From positions 1 to 16,103 of the forward strand of contig JBGSIV010000039.1 of assembly GCA_041742355.1 (NCBI GenBank): DNA of 16,103 nt, in the 5' to 3' direction. Numbering within the stretch: the first letter of the stretch is position 1; each line of letters opens with the position of its first letter. The position numbers were made by a program, and so were the translations under genes. This DNA is from Candidatus Zixiibacteriota bacterium. Its GTDB lineage: Bacteria > Zixibacteria > MSB-5A5 > GN15 > FEB-12. Of the stretch, positions 1-8,060 are shown piece after piece. The notes under the pieces are model-generated. The model searched no databases. It worked only from the letters and a program-made list of their open reading frames with translations, and had not been told where the DNA came from.

Positions 1-1
1 C

Positions 2-664
2 TCCCAGCAGGCAGCCGGCACGGCCGACTCCGGCGGGCAGGTTGTCGGCGACACGCAATCCGCCATGCACCGCATCGCCGAAGTCGTCACCAAAGCCTCC
101 ACTTCCATCGGAGAGCTATCGCGTTCGGCCGACCAGATCAGTGGCATCATCTCGGTGATCGACGAGGTCGCCGACCAGACCAATATGCTCGCCCTGAACG
201 CGGCTATCGAGGCGGCCCGGGCCGGGGAGCAGGGCAGAGGATTCGCCGTTGTCGCCGACGAGGTTCGGAAGCTGGCCGAGCGCACGGCCAAAGCCACTGC
301 TGAAATCGCGGCAATGATCAAGTCAATCCAGCAGAAGACCGGCGACGTTGTCGGATCCATGCAGCAGAGCATCAGCGAGGTTCACGCCGGACGCGAAATG
401 GCCGAACGAGCCAGCCAGAGCCTCACCGAGATCGTAACCATGGCCCAGCATGTCACTAACATGATCACCCAAATCGCCACCGCCGCCGATGAACAAGCGG
501 CCGCGGCCACCCAGATGTCGCGCAATGCGGAACAGATCCTCGCCGTGGCCCAGGAAACCACGGACGGCGCCAAGCAGTCGGCCGATGCCGCCGTCAGCCT
601 GAGTGATCAGGCCAAAGATCTCCGCCAGCTCGTGGCCAGATTCCAGCTTCCCGACAAACGGTAG
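2..664 (+). CDS. Methyl-accepting chemotaxis protein, C-terminal signalling domain (5' truncated by window edge)
   Basis: Hairpin-tip motif [43 protein letters not shown]. The frame is open from position 2 ([12 protein letters not shown]...), so ATG 65 is internal. Confidence 0.96.
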   Translation, partial: SQQAAGTADSGGQVVGDTQSAMHRIAEVVTKASTSIGELSRSADQISGIISVIDEVADQTNMLALNAAIEAARAGEQGRGFAVVADEVRKLAERTAKATAEIAAMIKSIQQKTGDVVGSMQQSISEVHAGREMAERASQSLTEIVTMAQHVTNMITQIATAADEQAAAATQMSRNAEQILAVAQETTDGAKQSADAAVSLSDQAKDLRQLVARFQLPDKR

Positions 665-696
665 CACCATCCTCCACTCTTCCGGGAATAATCACC

Positions 697-730
697 GAAG
701 GCAGGCCCTTGGACCTGCCTTCACTGTTTT
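697..730 (+). terminator. Probable intrinsic terminator after the MCP gene
   Basis: GAAGGCAGG (697-705) pairs with CCTGCCTTC (714-722), followed by ACTGTTTT. Confidence 0.7.
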
Positions 731-826
731 GAGCCTCTCCCGTCAGTCTACCCTGGCCGATAGTTCGCGGCCAACCGCATAGACCACAGGGCCTTTCGGG
801 GCAAATAAATTCTCCGACAATTTCCC

Positions 827-855
827 TTGACAGATTCCAGCGGATTATGTACTGT
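827..855 (+). promoter_or_regulatory. Sigma70-type promoter driving the leader RNA and AsnRS-like gene
   Basis: Perfect TTGACA (827-832), 17-nt spacer, TACTGT (850-855, TAnnnT), with an AT-rich stretch upstream. Confidence 0.7.
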
Positions 856-861
856 ATAGCT

Positions 862-1124
862 CCAGAATGAAGTAATCACCGAAAATGAGCAGATCGTCCC
901 CCGAACCGTGCCGCCGTCGAAGCGCGCCTGCACGGTCGGAAAGGCGGATGCGGCAAGCGCGACCAAAAATGCGTAGACGAGTGGAACGAGTTCTGATGAG
1001 AATAAACCGCGGCGGCACACCGCGGGGGAGTCTGTCGCGTGACAGCTAAACTCCCCTTCATTGCCGTCATTCCCATTTCGGCAGACATTAATGGCCACCC
1101 GGCGTTCCGGGTGGCCTTTTTTTT
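862..1124 (+). ncRNA. Candidate structured cis-regulatory leader (riboswitch/attenuator-like), family not recognised
   Basis: Lies between promoter and terminator. AATGAAG (866-872) pairs with CTTCATT (1056-1062), enclosing hairpins ACCGTGC/GCACGGT, CCGCGG/CCGCGG and GGGGAGT-CTGTC/GACAG-ACTCCCC. Confidence 0.55.
1093..1124 (+). terminator. Strong intrinsic terminator upstream of the AsnRS-like CDS (attenuator position)
   Basis: GGCCACCCGG-CGTT-CCGGGTGGCC followed by 8 T, ending 17 nt before the GGAGGT RBS. Confidence 0.9.
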
Positions 1125-1151
1125 GACCAGTAATAACCCATGGAGGTAACC

Positions 1152-2147
1152 ATGCGCCACCACGCCGTTATGCAGGGATCCTATGCACAGACCACCGTTC
1201 TGCGCTCCAAGATGCTCAAGGCCGCCCGCGACTGGTTCGAGCGCGAGCACTTCCTCGAAATCTGCGTTCCCCACATCACCGGCGCCACCGGCTCCTGCGA
1301 GTGGTTCCCCAACGCCATGCCTGTCACCATGTACGATCCCACGGGGGCCGAGACCCCGATGTTTCTCCGGCAAACCGGCCAGCTCTACCTCGAGGCCTTC
1401 ACCCAAGCCCACAACCGGGTCTTCACTATCGGCCCCTCGTTCCGGCAGGAACGCAAAGTCACCGACCGGCACCTCTGCGAGTTCACCCTCATTGAATTCG
1501 AGGGGCGGGATTTTGAACTCGACGGCCTTATGAACCTCGTCGAGGGCGTGATCAAGAGCATGTATCGGGCGGCCCAGACAGTCGTGCCCACCGACCTCCT
1601 GACCAAGTACATCGGCCTGCCCTTCAACCGCATCAAGTACGCTAACGCTATCGAACTGCTCAAGAGTCACGGCCACCAACTGGAGTTCGGCGATGACCTC
1701 GGGAGCATCGAAGAGAAGTCTCTCTGCGCGTACCTCAACGGCCTCCCGACCTTCGTTACCCACTACCCGGCCGACCCGAAACCGCGCCAGGGGGGCGTCA
1801 TCAAGTTCTTTTCTATGAAGCGGAACGGCTCCGAGACTCTCTGCTGCGACCTTCTCCTCCCCTTTGTCGGTGAATCGGTCGGCGGAGCGGTCCGCGAGGG
1901 CTCCGCGGAGAAGTGCAAGAAGCAGTTTGTCGAGAGCTACATGTACGACCACATTATCGACGCCGGCGTCGATCCGGCGCAATTCGAGTGGTACTTCGAG
2001 GTTCTCTCCAACGGCAAAGACCAGAGCTCGGGCTGCGGGATCGGTTTCGAACGCGTCGTGCAATCCGTTCTGGCGACGCAGATGGAGGATGTGAGCATCA
2101 AGGGCGCGATCGAGCTCCCCCGCTCCCCGGACTATCTCGTTCCGTGA
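1152..2147 (+). CDS. Class IIb aminoacyl-tRNA synthetase paralog (AsnRS/AspRS catalytic domain only); candidate tRNA-independent asparagine synthetase or other amide ligase
   Basis: FLRQTGQLYLEA, motif 2 GPSFRQERKVTDRHLCEF, GESVGGAVRE, motif 3 SGCGIGFERVV. About 331 aa with no room for an N-terminal OB-fold. RBS GGAGGT (1142-1147) favours ATG 1152. Confidence 0.88.
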   Translation: MRHHAVMQGSYAQTTVLRSKMLKAARDWFEREHFLEICVPHITGATGSCEWFPNAMPVTMYDPTGAETPMFLRQTGQLYLEAFTQAHNRVFTIGPSFRQERKVTDRHLCEFTLIEFEGRDFELDGLMNLVEGVIKSMYRAAQTVVPTDLLTKYIGLPFNRIKYANAIELLKSHGHQLEFGDDLGSIEEKSLCAYLNGLPTFVTHYPADPKPRQGGVIKFFSMKRNGSETLCCDLLLPFVGESVGGAVREGSAEKCKKQFVESYMYDHIIDAGVDPAQFEWYFEVLSNGKDQSSGCGIGFERVVQSVLATQMEDVSIKGAIELPRSPDYLVP

Positions 2148-2165
2148 GCGAAGTCAACGTCCTTA

Positions 2166-2196
2166 CCCCGCGACGGCTGAGACGGCCGTTGCGGGG
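2166..2196. terminator. Hairpin between convergent genes (possible bidirectional terminator)
   Basis: CCCCGCGACGGC / GCCGTTGCGGGG, 12-bp stem with one G-U pair; no clear U-tract. Confidence 0.5.
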
Positions 2197-2225
2197 GACA
2201 CGGACTATCAGCGAATTCCAGCTCG

Positions 2226-5200
2226 CTACTTGAGCAACAGCAGCTTCTTCGTCGCGCTGAATCCACCGACCCGCATTCGGTAGAAGTACAAGCCGCTTGC
2301 CACCGGCCGCCCAGCCCCGTCCATCCCTCGCCACGTCACCTCGTGCCACCCCACGCCCTGCACTCGGTCCACCAGGGAGATCACGCGTTGTCCCAGCACG
2401 TTCACGACGTCGAGCGTTACCTTCCCTCCAACCGGCAGAGCATATCGAATAACGGTCTCCCCGTTGAACGGATTCGGGTAGTTTTGCACCAACTCGTATC
2501 GATACGGAAGATCATCAGAAGACCCCTGCTCGTCCACCGCCGTCGGCAGATCGTTGTGCAGGAAAGTCGTGTCGTCAATGCTCCCGTCAATAAGGCTGTC
2601 GACATACACTTTGATTTGATTCTGAGCCAGATCCTCCGCTGTGGGCACGATCATGAAGGCGGTCACCGCCGGCACGGTCATCAAGCTGTCGACAAACTCC
2701 CCGTAACGCGTTCCTGATACGACCGTCAAGCGGAACACCGCGCTGTCCACTCCACCCCAGTTGGCAAGTCGCGCTCCCTCACCACTGAACATCCCCCAAT
2801 CGAGCGAATCGCCCGCGGTCATGGTGAAATCCGCCACCTCATACACTGTCTCCGAGTCGGCAGCCGTTTGCACAGCTCGAACCGTCGTCTTCCAGTCCGG
2901 AAGCCCCAGGTGCTTCAGGCCGAGACTCCTCATACCCGAATCCCAACTCACCGTTCCCGGTAACGAATCCGCTCCAGTCGCCACGACGATCTCCATAATC
3001 GCTGCGTCCCCATCAACCACCACGTGCAGCATTGAATCCGGCAGCCCCGTGAACTCCGCCGTCCAATCCTCAGACGGAATACGGAATCCGCGAATGGCGT
3101 TATCCTCCACGCCAATCGCGAGAATCGGCCATCCCACGCCGCTGTCTGCCACCAGTTGATCCCCCAGCCGCCCTATAATACCGGCATCCGATGAGATCAC
3201 CACCGTATCTGCGCCGGGCGCATACACCGACAGCGTATCCTCGGAGGCAGCGTCATGAAGCGGCCGCCGCCGCTTGTCCCCCATTGCTGACGGCTCACGA
3301 TAACGCTCGGCCGGCAAGTCAAACCAGAGGTGATCCCGACGCGACCAGCCGAACGGCGCATAGGACCACGTCGCCGTTACCGTGTCCACCTCGACCGCCA
3401 GCCCCACACTGTCCGGATAGTTGTTGTCATAGACCTCGATGCGCCAAATCTGCGGAGATACGCTGTCCTGCCTCACCGCGATGGGTGTGACCGCATGACA
3501 CCCACCTTCTTCAACAACCGGCCAGTCGCACATGGCGAGGATCGCATCGTGGCTCACCCCCGCCAGCGAATCAAGCATCTGGCGGCACTCCCGCAGCGTC
3601 ACGGTCGGGGGTAGACTCATTGAAACCCCGTCGTGCTCGCTCATCGCCCGACTGAACTGCCTCGTGAATACTGTCGCGATTACCTCACGCACACTGTCGG
3701 CCACGGTAACATCGTGCAGGTTGGCAAACGCCCCCAGGTTCGGAAAGTCAGCTGCGCACTGGGCCGGATCGGCAAACGCCAGCATGCTCAGCACCGACAG
3801 CCCCATGCACGATCCCCCCCAGTTTTCCTTCATGGCCGTCCACCGCGTCAGCGCCGCCGTCTGGTATACCCGACCCACCGGTGTCTCAATGTAGCATTGA
3901 TCCACCCCGAACGCCCGAACCCAGGTTTGCCAATCAGGATAGTCCGATGCCTTCGCGTGGCACTGCGTCGGTGATGCGAACGCGGCCGGATACTTCATCC
4001 CAGTATGCGGGTCAATCCCGTTCACATAGTCGATCGTACTCCAGTAGCTGTCGGGCCACATCGATGCCGAATCGTTGCCGAATCGCCAGCCGTCCTCCCC
4101 GGTCACCCATCGTTCAAAGTCTCCGCCCCGCGCCCGCGTCAGTTCCGCCCCCTTAATCCCAAACTGCCCGCTTCTCCCAAACGCCCCGCTGTCGTTCATC
4201 ACCAGGACTTGACATCGGCCGGAGTTGAATCCGGAATCCGGCACGATCCAGTCGTAGTACGGCAACTGCGCCGATTGCGCTGTCGCTATCTCCAGGGGAA
4301 ACGAATCCGGGTGAACAGTATAGAGAAGATTCAACTGATCGGAATAGCGGGACGACCATTCGATACGGCACGTGTCCCCCGGATTGAACAATTCTCCGGC
4401 CCCCGGCCGAATCACCGCGATCGCCAAGGAGTCGGAGTTGAACTCATGAGCTCCCACATCGACCCGCCCGATACCGTCATCGTCGCCATCAAGCACCCGC
4501 TGGTTACCCTCCACATCAACAAACCCGTGCACATAGCCACTCCCACCTGAATCCACGAGCGGCGAACCCGAGGCCAGCCTGAAATCGAACAGCCGGCACA
4601 CTTCTCCCGGCTGTGCCTGTGCCCGCACGTCCCCGAGCGCGGTCAGCGTATCTCCTCCACGCTCCACCACCAGGTACCAGAACAGCTGCGCCGTCGTCGT
4701 GTCCGGGCAGACCAAAAGCGTATCGTATTTCCAGGAATGAAACGTGAGTCCGGTCGTAACTAACGTAGAGCGCCCCGATGCGCTGTCGTAGTTCACCGCG
4801 GATATGGTCCCGAACAACTCCGGCCGCGTCCCTGGATCGAGACCGTGATTGGTCGCGAACTCTCCGCCCATCTCCCGCAAATCCTCCACCGTGGTTACTG
4901 CTCCCGACCCCGTGTCGAAATACAGCTCGCTTGTCGCATTGCCCCAGAAATCGTTGTACGCGCACACCGGCGCAGTATTGCATTCCTGGAAGAGCCCCCG
5001 GCTCCGATTGCGATAGAAGATGCTGTTCGCAATCCGGCTTTCCCCGCCGTTAAACGTGTAGTCGAGTTGCAGGCCGGTGTAATCGTTGAGTGCCACGGTA
5101 TTTCCGGTGAAATCAAGCGTTCCACCGTTAATGTGAACGCCGTATCGGGTCGAGGCATACGTTCCGTAGCCGTTTCCGGCAATCACCGTGTTATGAATGC

Positions 5201-6884
5201 CCAGCCTCGCAGCGGTATTCATCCCGACTGTTTCTATCCCGGGGCCGTGATTTGCGACCACCATGCACGACATCACTTCGACCGCCGCAAGAGAACTGGT
5301 CAGCCCGAAATTGAGCCCGATTCCGGTGTTCCCCAGGATGCGGCTGTTCTTCAGCGCCAGGTTGAGCTGATCCGCATCCTGGGAACTACTCAACCAGAAC
5401 CCGCGCATGTTGTTGTTGGCTATCGTCACGCTGTCAATGAGCACGTCGGCTCTCGCTCCGTCGCGATCGTCCAGGCGAATCGCCGCCTCCAGGCCCGCTT
5501 GACCGTCCGTACGACTCCGCTCGATCCGCGTGTTGCGTACAATCATATCCTGATCCCCCCGGGGATACAGGTGAATGCCGCACGAGACGCAATGCTCATA
5601 GGAGCAGCCGTCGATTATTCCCGTGGCCCGAAGCTGCGTGCCAATCTTGGCGTAGCGGATACGGCTGTTCTGCAGGAGAATTGTCGCCGTTGAATCACTG
5701 GTCACGCCGCCGGCGATGGAACCATAAAGGGAGTGGCACCACGGGGAGATCGTCGCAGGCTGCGGCTGGAGGTCGCTGTCCCCCCCGATCGAATCGTCGG
5801 CACTCGAGGTCAGTATTGCCCCCTTGATATGCGTCGTCCCCTGGTTCTTTATCCCGCCGTCGTAGCTGTAGAACTTCAGCACGGAGTTCGTATCAATTGT
5901 CAGCGTTCTGTCCTTGGGGACAGTCAGGTTGGTTATGAGGAGCGGAAGATCAGGCGATGACTGGATATACGAAGTCGTATCGGCGAAACACAGGTTGAGC
6001 CGGAGAGCGTCGACGAGGTTCGATCCGGCCGTGTTGTCATCGATCTTCGTTATGCCGCACTGATACAGCTCAAGCAGACACGGGTACCCGCCGCTGAAAA
6101 ACCTATTGCCGTCGAAGTAGTTGTCCTCAACAATCGTCTTTCCCGCAAACTGCACGAGAATTGGCCGGTAGCCGCCGACTTCATTGTCGACTATGCCGCA
6201 CCCCTTCATGGTGAACGACCACTCGGTCTCCTGATTTGGCCCTTCGAAGTCCGCTTCAACTATCCAGGTGTTCGTCGATGCCATGTTCTGAATCCGGCAG
6301 TTCTCAAAAGTCGTGTGCCCCGACTGGAGGACTACGGGAACCGACGTCGATGTGGTCCCGCGGAAATCGACATGTAGAAATCTTATGTCGAAGCTGTTCT
6401 CCGTGCCCGTAGCGCTGAACTGGTTGTAATTGTAACTGCGGATTCGGTAGTCTCCCTGCATCAGGATCTCGTCAAACGCCATCCCCTCCATGATCAAGTC
6501 GCCATCGACGTAGAAGTTGACTTCGTTGTATATGTCGAATTCGTCGCCAAACACCAGCTGGAACGGTTTGTCCGGACTCATCTGGTCGTTGCGAATCGTA
6601 AGTCTGCTCCATGCTTCCACATCCCCGTTGCCATCCCGAATACTCATTATGTTGACCGCCGCCTCGAATATGAACGGCGGTCCGGGATCCAGATCCATCG
6701 AGTCTCCGTATTCGTTCTGGAACCCACGATCCAATGTCAGTCCGGTTCCCTCGAGACTCAATGGTTTTACCCGGAAATCCTGGAACGCCTCGTCCCACTG
6801 CCGATTCACATATACTTCGCCCATAACAGGCGCCGTCGCCCACAGCAGCGTAACCAGGAGAATCAAGCGTATGAATGCGTACAT
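2226..6884 (-). CDS. Large secreted multidomain protein: right-handed beta-helix repeats, choice-of-anchor-Q-like segment, Ig-like domain, putative papain-like catalytic domain, C-terminal FlgD-Ig/T9SS-type-A-like sorting domain
   Basis: Signal peptide MYAFIRLILLVTLLWATAPVMG. Repeated 'IxxNxxxG' rungs; DFRLASGSPLVDSG...DVEGNQRVLDGDDDGIGRVDVGAHE; C-terminal LVQNYPNPFN...GRPVASGLYFYRM...KKLLLLK. Start is 6884 or 6893 rather than 7043. Confidence 0.9.
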   Translation of the reverse strand: MYAFIRLILLVTLLWATAPVMGEVYVNRQWDEAFQDFRVKPLSLEGTGLTLDRGFQNEYGDSMDLDPGPPFIFEAAVNIMSIRDGNGDVEAWSRLTIRNDQMSPDKPFQLVFGDEFDIYNEVNFYVDGDLIMEGMAFDEILMQGDYRIRSYNYNQFSATGTENSFDIRFLHVDFRGTTSTSVPVVLQSGHTTFENCRIQNMASTNTWIVEADFEGPNQETEWSFTMKGCGIVDNEVGGYRPILVQFAGKTIVEDNYFDGNRFFSGGYPCLLELYQCGITKIDDNTAGSNLVDALRLNLCFADTTSYIQSSPDLPLLITNLTVPKDRTLTIDTNSVLKFYSYDGGIKNQGTTHIKGAILTSSADDSIGGDSDLQPQPATISPWCHSLYGSIAGGVTSDSTATILLQNSRIRYAKIGTQLRATGIIDGCSYEHCVSCGIHLYPRGDQDMIVRNTRIERSRTDGQAGLEAAIRLDDRDGARADVLIDSVTIANNNMRGFWLSSSQDADQLNLALKNSRILGNTGIGLNFGLTSSLAAVEVMSCMVVANHGPGIETVGMNTAARLGIHNTVIAGNGYGTYASTRYGVHINGGTLDFTGNTVALNDYTGLQLDYTFNGGESRIANSIFYRNRSRGLFQECNTAPVCAYNDFWGNATSELYFDTGSGAVTTVEDLREMGGEFATNHGLDPGTRPELFGTISAVNYDSASGRSTLVTTGLTFHSWKYDTLLVCPDTTTAQLFWYLVVERGGDTLTALGDVRAQAQPGEVCRLFDFRLASGSPLVDSGGSGYVHGFVDVEGNQRVLDGDDDGIGRVDVGAHEFNSDSLAIAVIRPGAGELFNPGDTCRIEWSSRYSDQLNLLYTVHPDSFPLEIATAQSAQLPYYDWIVPDSGFNSGRCQVLVMNDSGAFGRSGQFGIKGAELTRARGGDFERWVTGEDGWRFGNDSASMWPDSYWSTIDYVNGIDPHTGMKYPAAFASPTQCHAKASDYPDWQTWVRAFGVDQCYIETPVGRVYQTAALTRWTAMKENWGGSCMGLSVLSMLAFADPAQCAADFPNLGAFANLHDVTVADSVREVIATVFTRQFSRAMSEHDGVSMSLPPTVTLRECRQMLDSLAGVSHDAILAMCDWPVVEEGGCHAVTPIAVRQDSVSPQIWRIEVYDNNYPDSVGLAVEVDTVTATWSYAPFGWSRRDHLWFDLPAERYREPSAMGDKRRRPLHDAASEDTLSVYAPGADTVVISSDAGIIGRLGDQLVADSGVGWPILAIGVEDNAIRGFRIPSEDWTAEFTGLPDSMLHVVVDGDAAIMEIVVATGADSLPGTVSWDSGMRSLGLKHLGLPDWKTTVRAVQTAADSETVYEVADFTMTAGDSLDWGMFSGEGARLANWGGVDSAVFRLTVVSGTRYGEFVDSLMTVPAVTAFMIVPTAEDLAQNQIKVYVDSLIDGSIDDTTFLHNDLPTAVDEQGSSDDLPYRYELVQNYPNPFNGETVIRYALPVGGKVTLDVVNVLGQRVISLVDRVQGVGWHEVTWRGMDGAGRPVASGLYFYRMRVGGFSATKKLLLLK

Positions 6885-6928
6885 ACCCTGCATTTCCTTT
6901 CCGAGTGAAATGAAACTATCCCTGATCA

Positions 6929-6956
6929 AATATCCTAAAATGGACCAGAGTGTCAA
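6929..6956 (-). promoter_or_regulatory. Possible sigma70 promoter for the large secreted protein
   Basis: TTGACA on minus strand (6951-6956), 16-nt spacer, weak -10 GATATT, about 45 nt before the start codon. Confidence 0.4.
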
Positions 6957-7145
6957 GGTAAATCGCTCAGCTTCCCGCTTGACTGTCTCGCGAATACGAC
7001 AAAATCGATCCTTCTTCCTCAGCCCAAACTCTGTCCCTGACAAACCGGACCCTGGATTCCTCGGCCGGAAGGCACTCGGGTCTCCGATCCGTCGACTTCA
7101 GGAAATGTCTAAACTCGGTCTGCGGTTGTGCCGATAATCCCCAAG

Positions 7146-7709
7146 ATGAGACCATTCACATCGATATTCTTCTTCTTGCTTGTGCTCGCGGGCGCATGTT
7201 CGCTGCACGCCGCGGAAGCGGTATACCCGACCGGCTCCGGCGCCACAGCAACTTACACGTTGAGTGGAACCAGCCTCCCGTTCGGCGATACCCTGACGGT
7301 TACCCGGGAGCTAACCAACAATGGTGCATTTCCGCTCACCGGCCTCTACCTCTCGGAGCACTTACCCTCCGGCCTGCAATTGGCAGACGTATCGGTCACG
7401 GTCAACAACACTCCGGTGGTGCCGGCTTACAGTGCTTTGCCTCAAGGATCGGTTATCACCAACTGCACGACGCACCACTGGACCATAACTCAGCCGGGGA
7501 TAACCGCTCTTCCCGCCGGACAGACTCTTCGCCTCGTCCTCAAACTGACCTTCTCACAATCCGGCACGTACTCTCTTCCGCTCCATACGGTGGCCTTTTC
7601 CGGCAACGGCAACCCATATTTCGCCACCGGTGATCCCGTTACCGTCACGATCACCCAGATTGTCGATGTCACTCCTCCCGCCGCAATCGGCGATCTGCAC
7701 GTTCCGTGA
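7146..7709 (+). CDS. Exported Ig-like (DUF11-like) protein with C-terminal DxTPPAAIxDL tail
   Basis: Signal or lipoprotein-like N-terminus MRPFTSIFFFLLVLAGACSLHA. GDTLTVTRELTNNG...LSEHLPSGL matches the DUF11 pattern (GDxxTYTxxxxNxG...DxLPxGL). Confidence 0.8.
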   Translation: MRPFTSIFFFLLVLAGACSLHAAEAVYPTGSGATATYTLSGTSLPFGDTLTVTRELTNNGAFPLTGLYLSEHLPSGLQLADVSVTVNNTPVVPAYSALPQGSVITNCTTHHWTITQPGITALPAGQTLRLVLKLTFSQSGTYSLPLHTVAFSGNGNPYFATGDPVTVTITQIVDVTPPAAIGDLHVP

Positions 7710-7870
7710 TGGCCGCCCAGCCGCATCCAGGCGTGAGCAGAAACTCACCCACGGAGTTGCACTCTCCGGCTCCCGAAAATTCGCTGATTCGGTAATTCTG
7801 GGCGGAATTCGGTCGTTGGTGCTGTCGACCAGTCAGCAGGTCAGAGTGTCTGGCGGCCCTCCAGGGCGAA

Positions 7871-8002
7871 TCACATGATGAGCCAGGAAACGATGATTTG
7901 GGCCAGGAAGATCTTTGCCACCATCGACGCCGGGTAAACCGTGGCGTACCAGATTTTCGGCAGATTGAGATACTCGCGTAGGAAGGTCGGGCGGTTTTGG
8001 CT
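7871..8002 (-). pseudogene. Start-less C-terminal remnant of an AspT/YidE/YbjL-family transporter
   Basis: My translation (not in the ORF track): SQNRPTFLREYLNLPKIWYATVYPASMVAKIFLAQIIVSWLIM*. YATVYP-x-x-M-x-x-KI-x-x-AQ resembles the last TM helix of this family. An in-frame stop lies upstream at 8003-8005. Confidence 0.65.
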
Positions 8003-8060
8003 TCATAACCCGGCTGACAGGAATTCCGATCCGCCGTGATTCCTGCCGGCGGCACTCCCT

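Noticed and set aside
852..867. LexA box-like CTG...CAG overlapping the promoter
   Set aside because: Spacing is N8 rather than N10.
689..883. Direct repeat TAATCACCGAA (689-699 and 873-883), glycine-riboswitch-like CACCGAA
   Set aside because: Only two copies, no CUCUCAGG element and nothing mobile between them; may be chance.
903..940. Group II intron domain V-like hairpin
   Set aside because: No AGC/CGC triad with the AY bulge in register, no intron ends and no RT gene.
985..1005. Hammerhead core CTGATGAG
   Set aside because: No correctly placed GAAA, stem III or NUH cleavage site.
1005..1026. T-box resemblance (GGCGGCACACCGCG)
   Set aside because: Lacks the UGGN needed to pair with the tRNA NCCA end; no AG-bulge/GNUG stem I motifs found.
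885..1049. 54-aa Arg-rich ORF in the leader as an attenuation peptide
   Set aside because: No RBS, only one Asn codon, and Arg richness is expected from GC-rich non-coding frames. Not fully excluded.
876..2063. 395-aa minus-strand ORF
   Set aside because: Antisense shadow of the AsnRS-like gene; no recognisable motifs.
6885..7043. N-terminal extension of the 1605-aa ORF
   Set aside because: Precedes the signal peptide and overlaps a probable promoter. The same reasoning applies to the upstream starts at 11432, 13841, 7128 and 1140.
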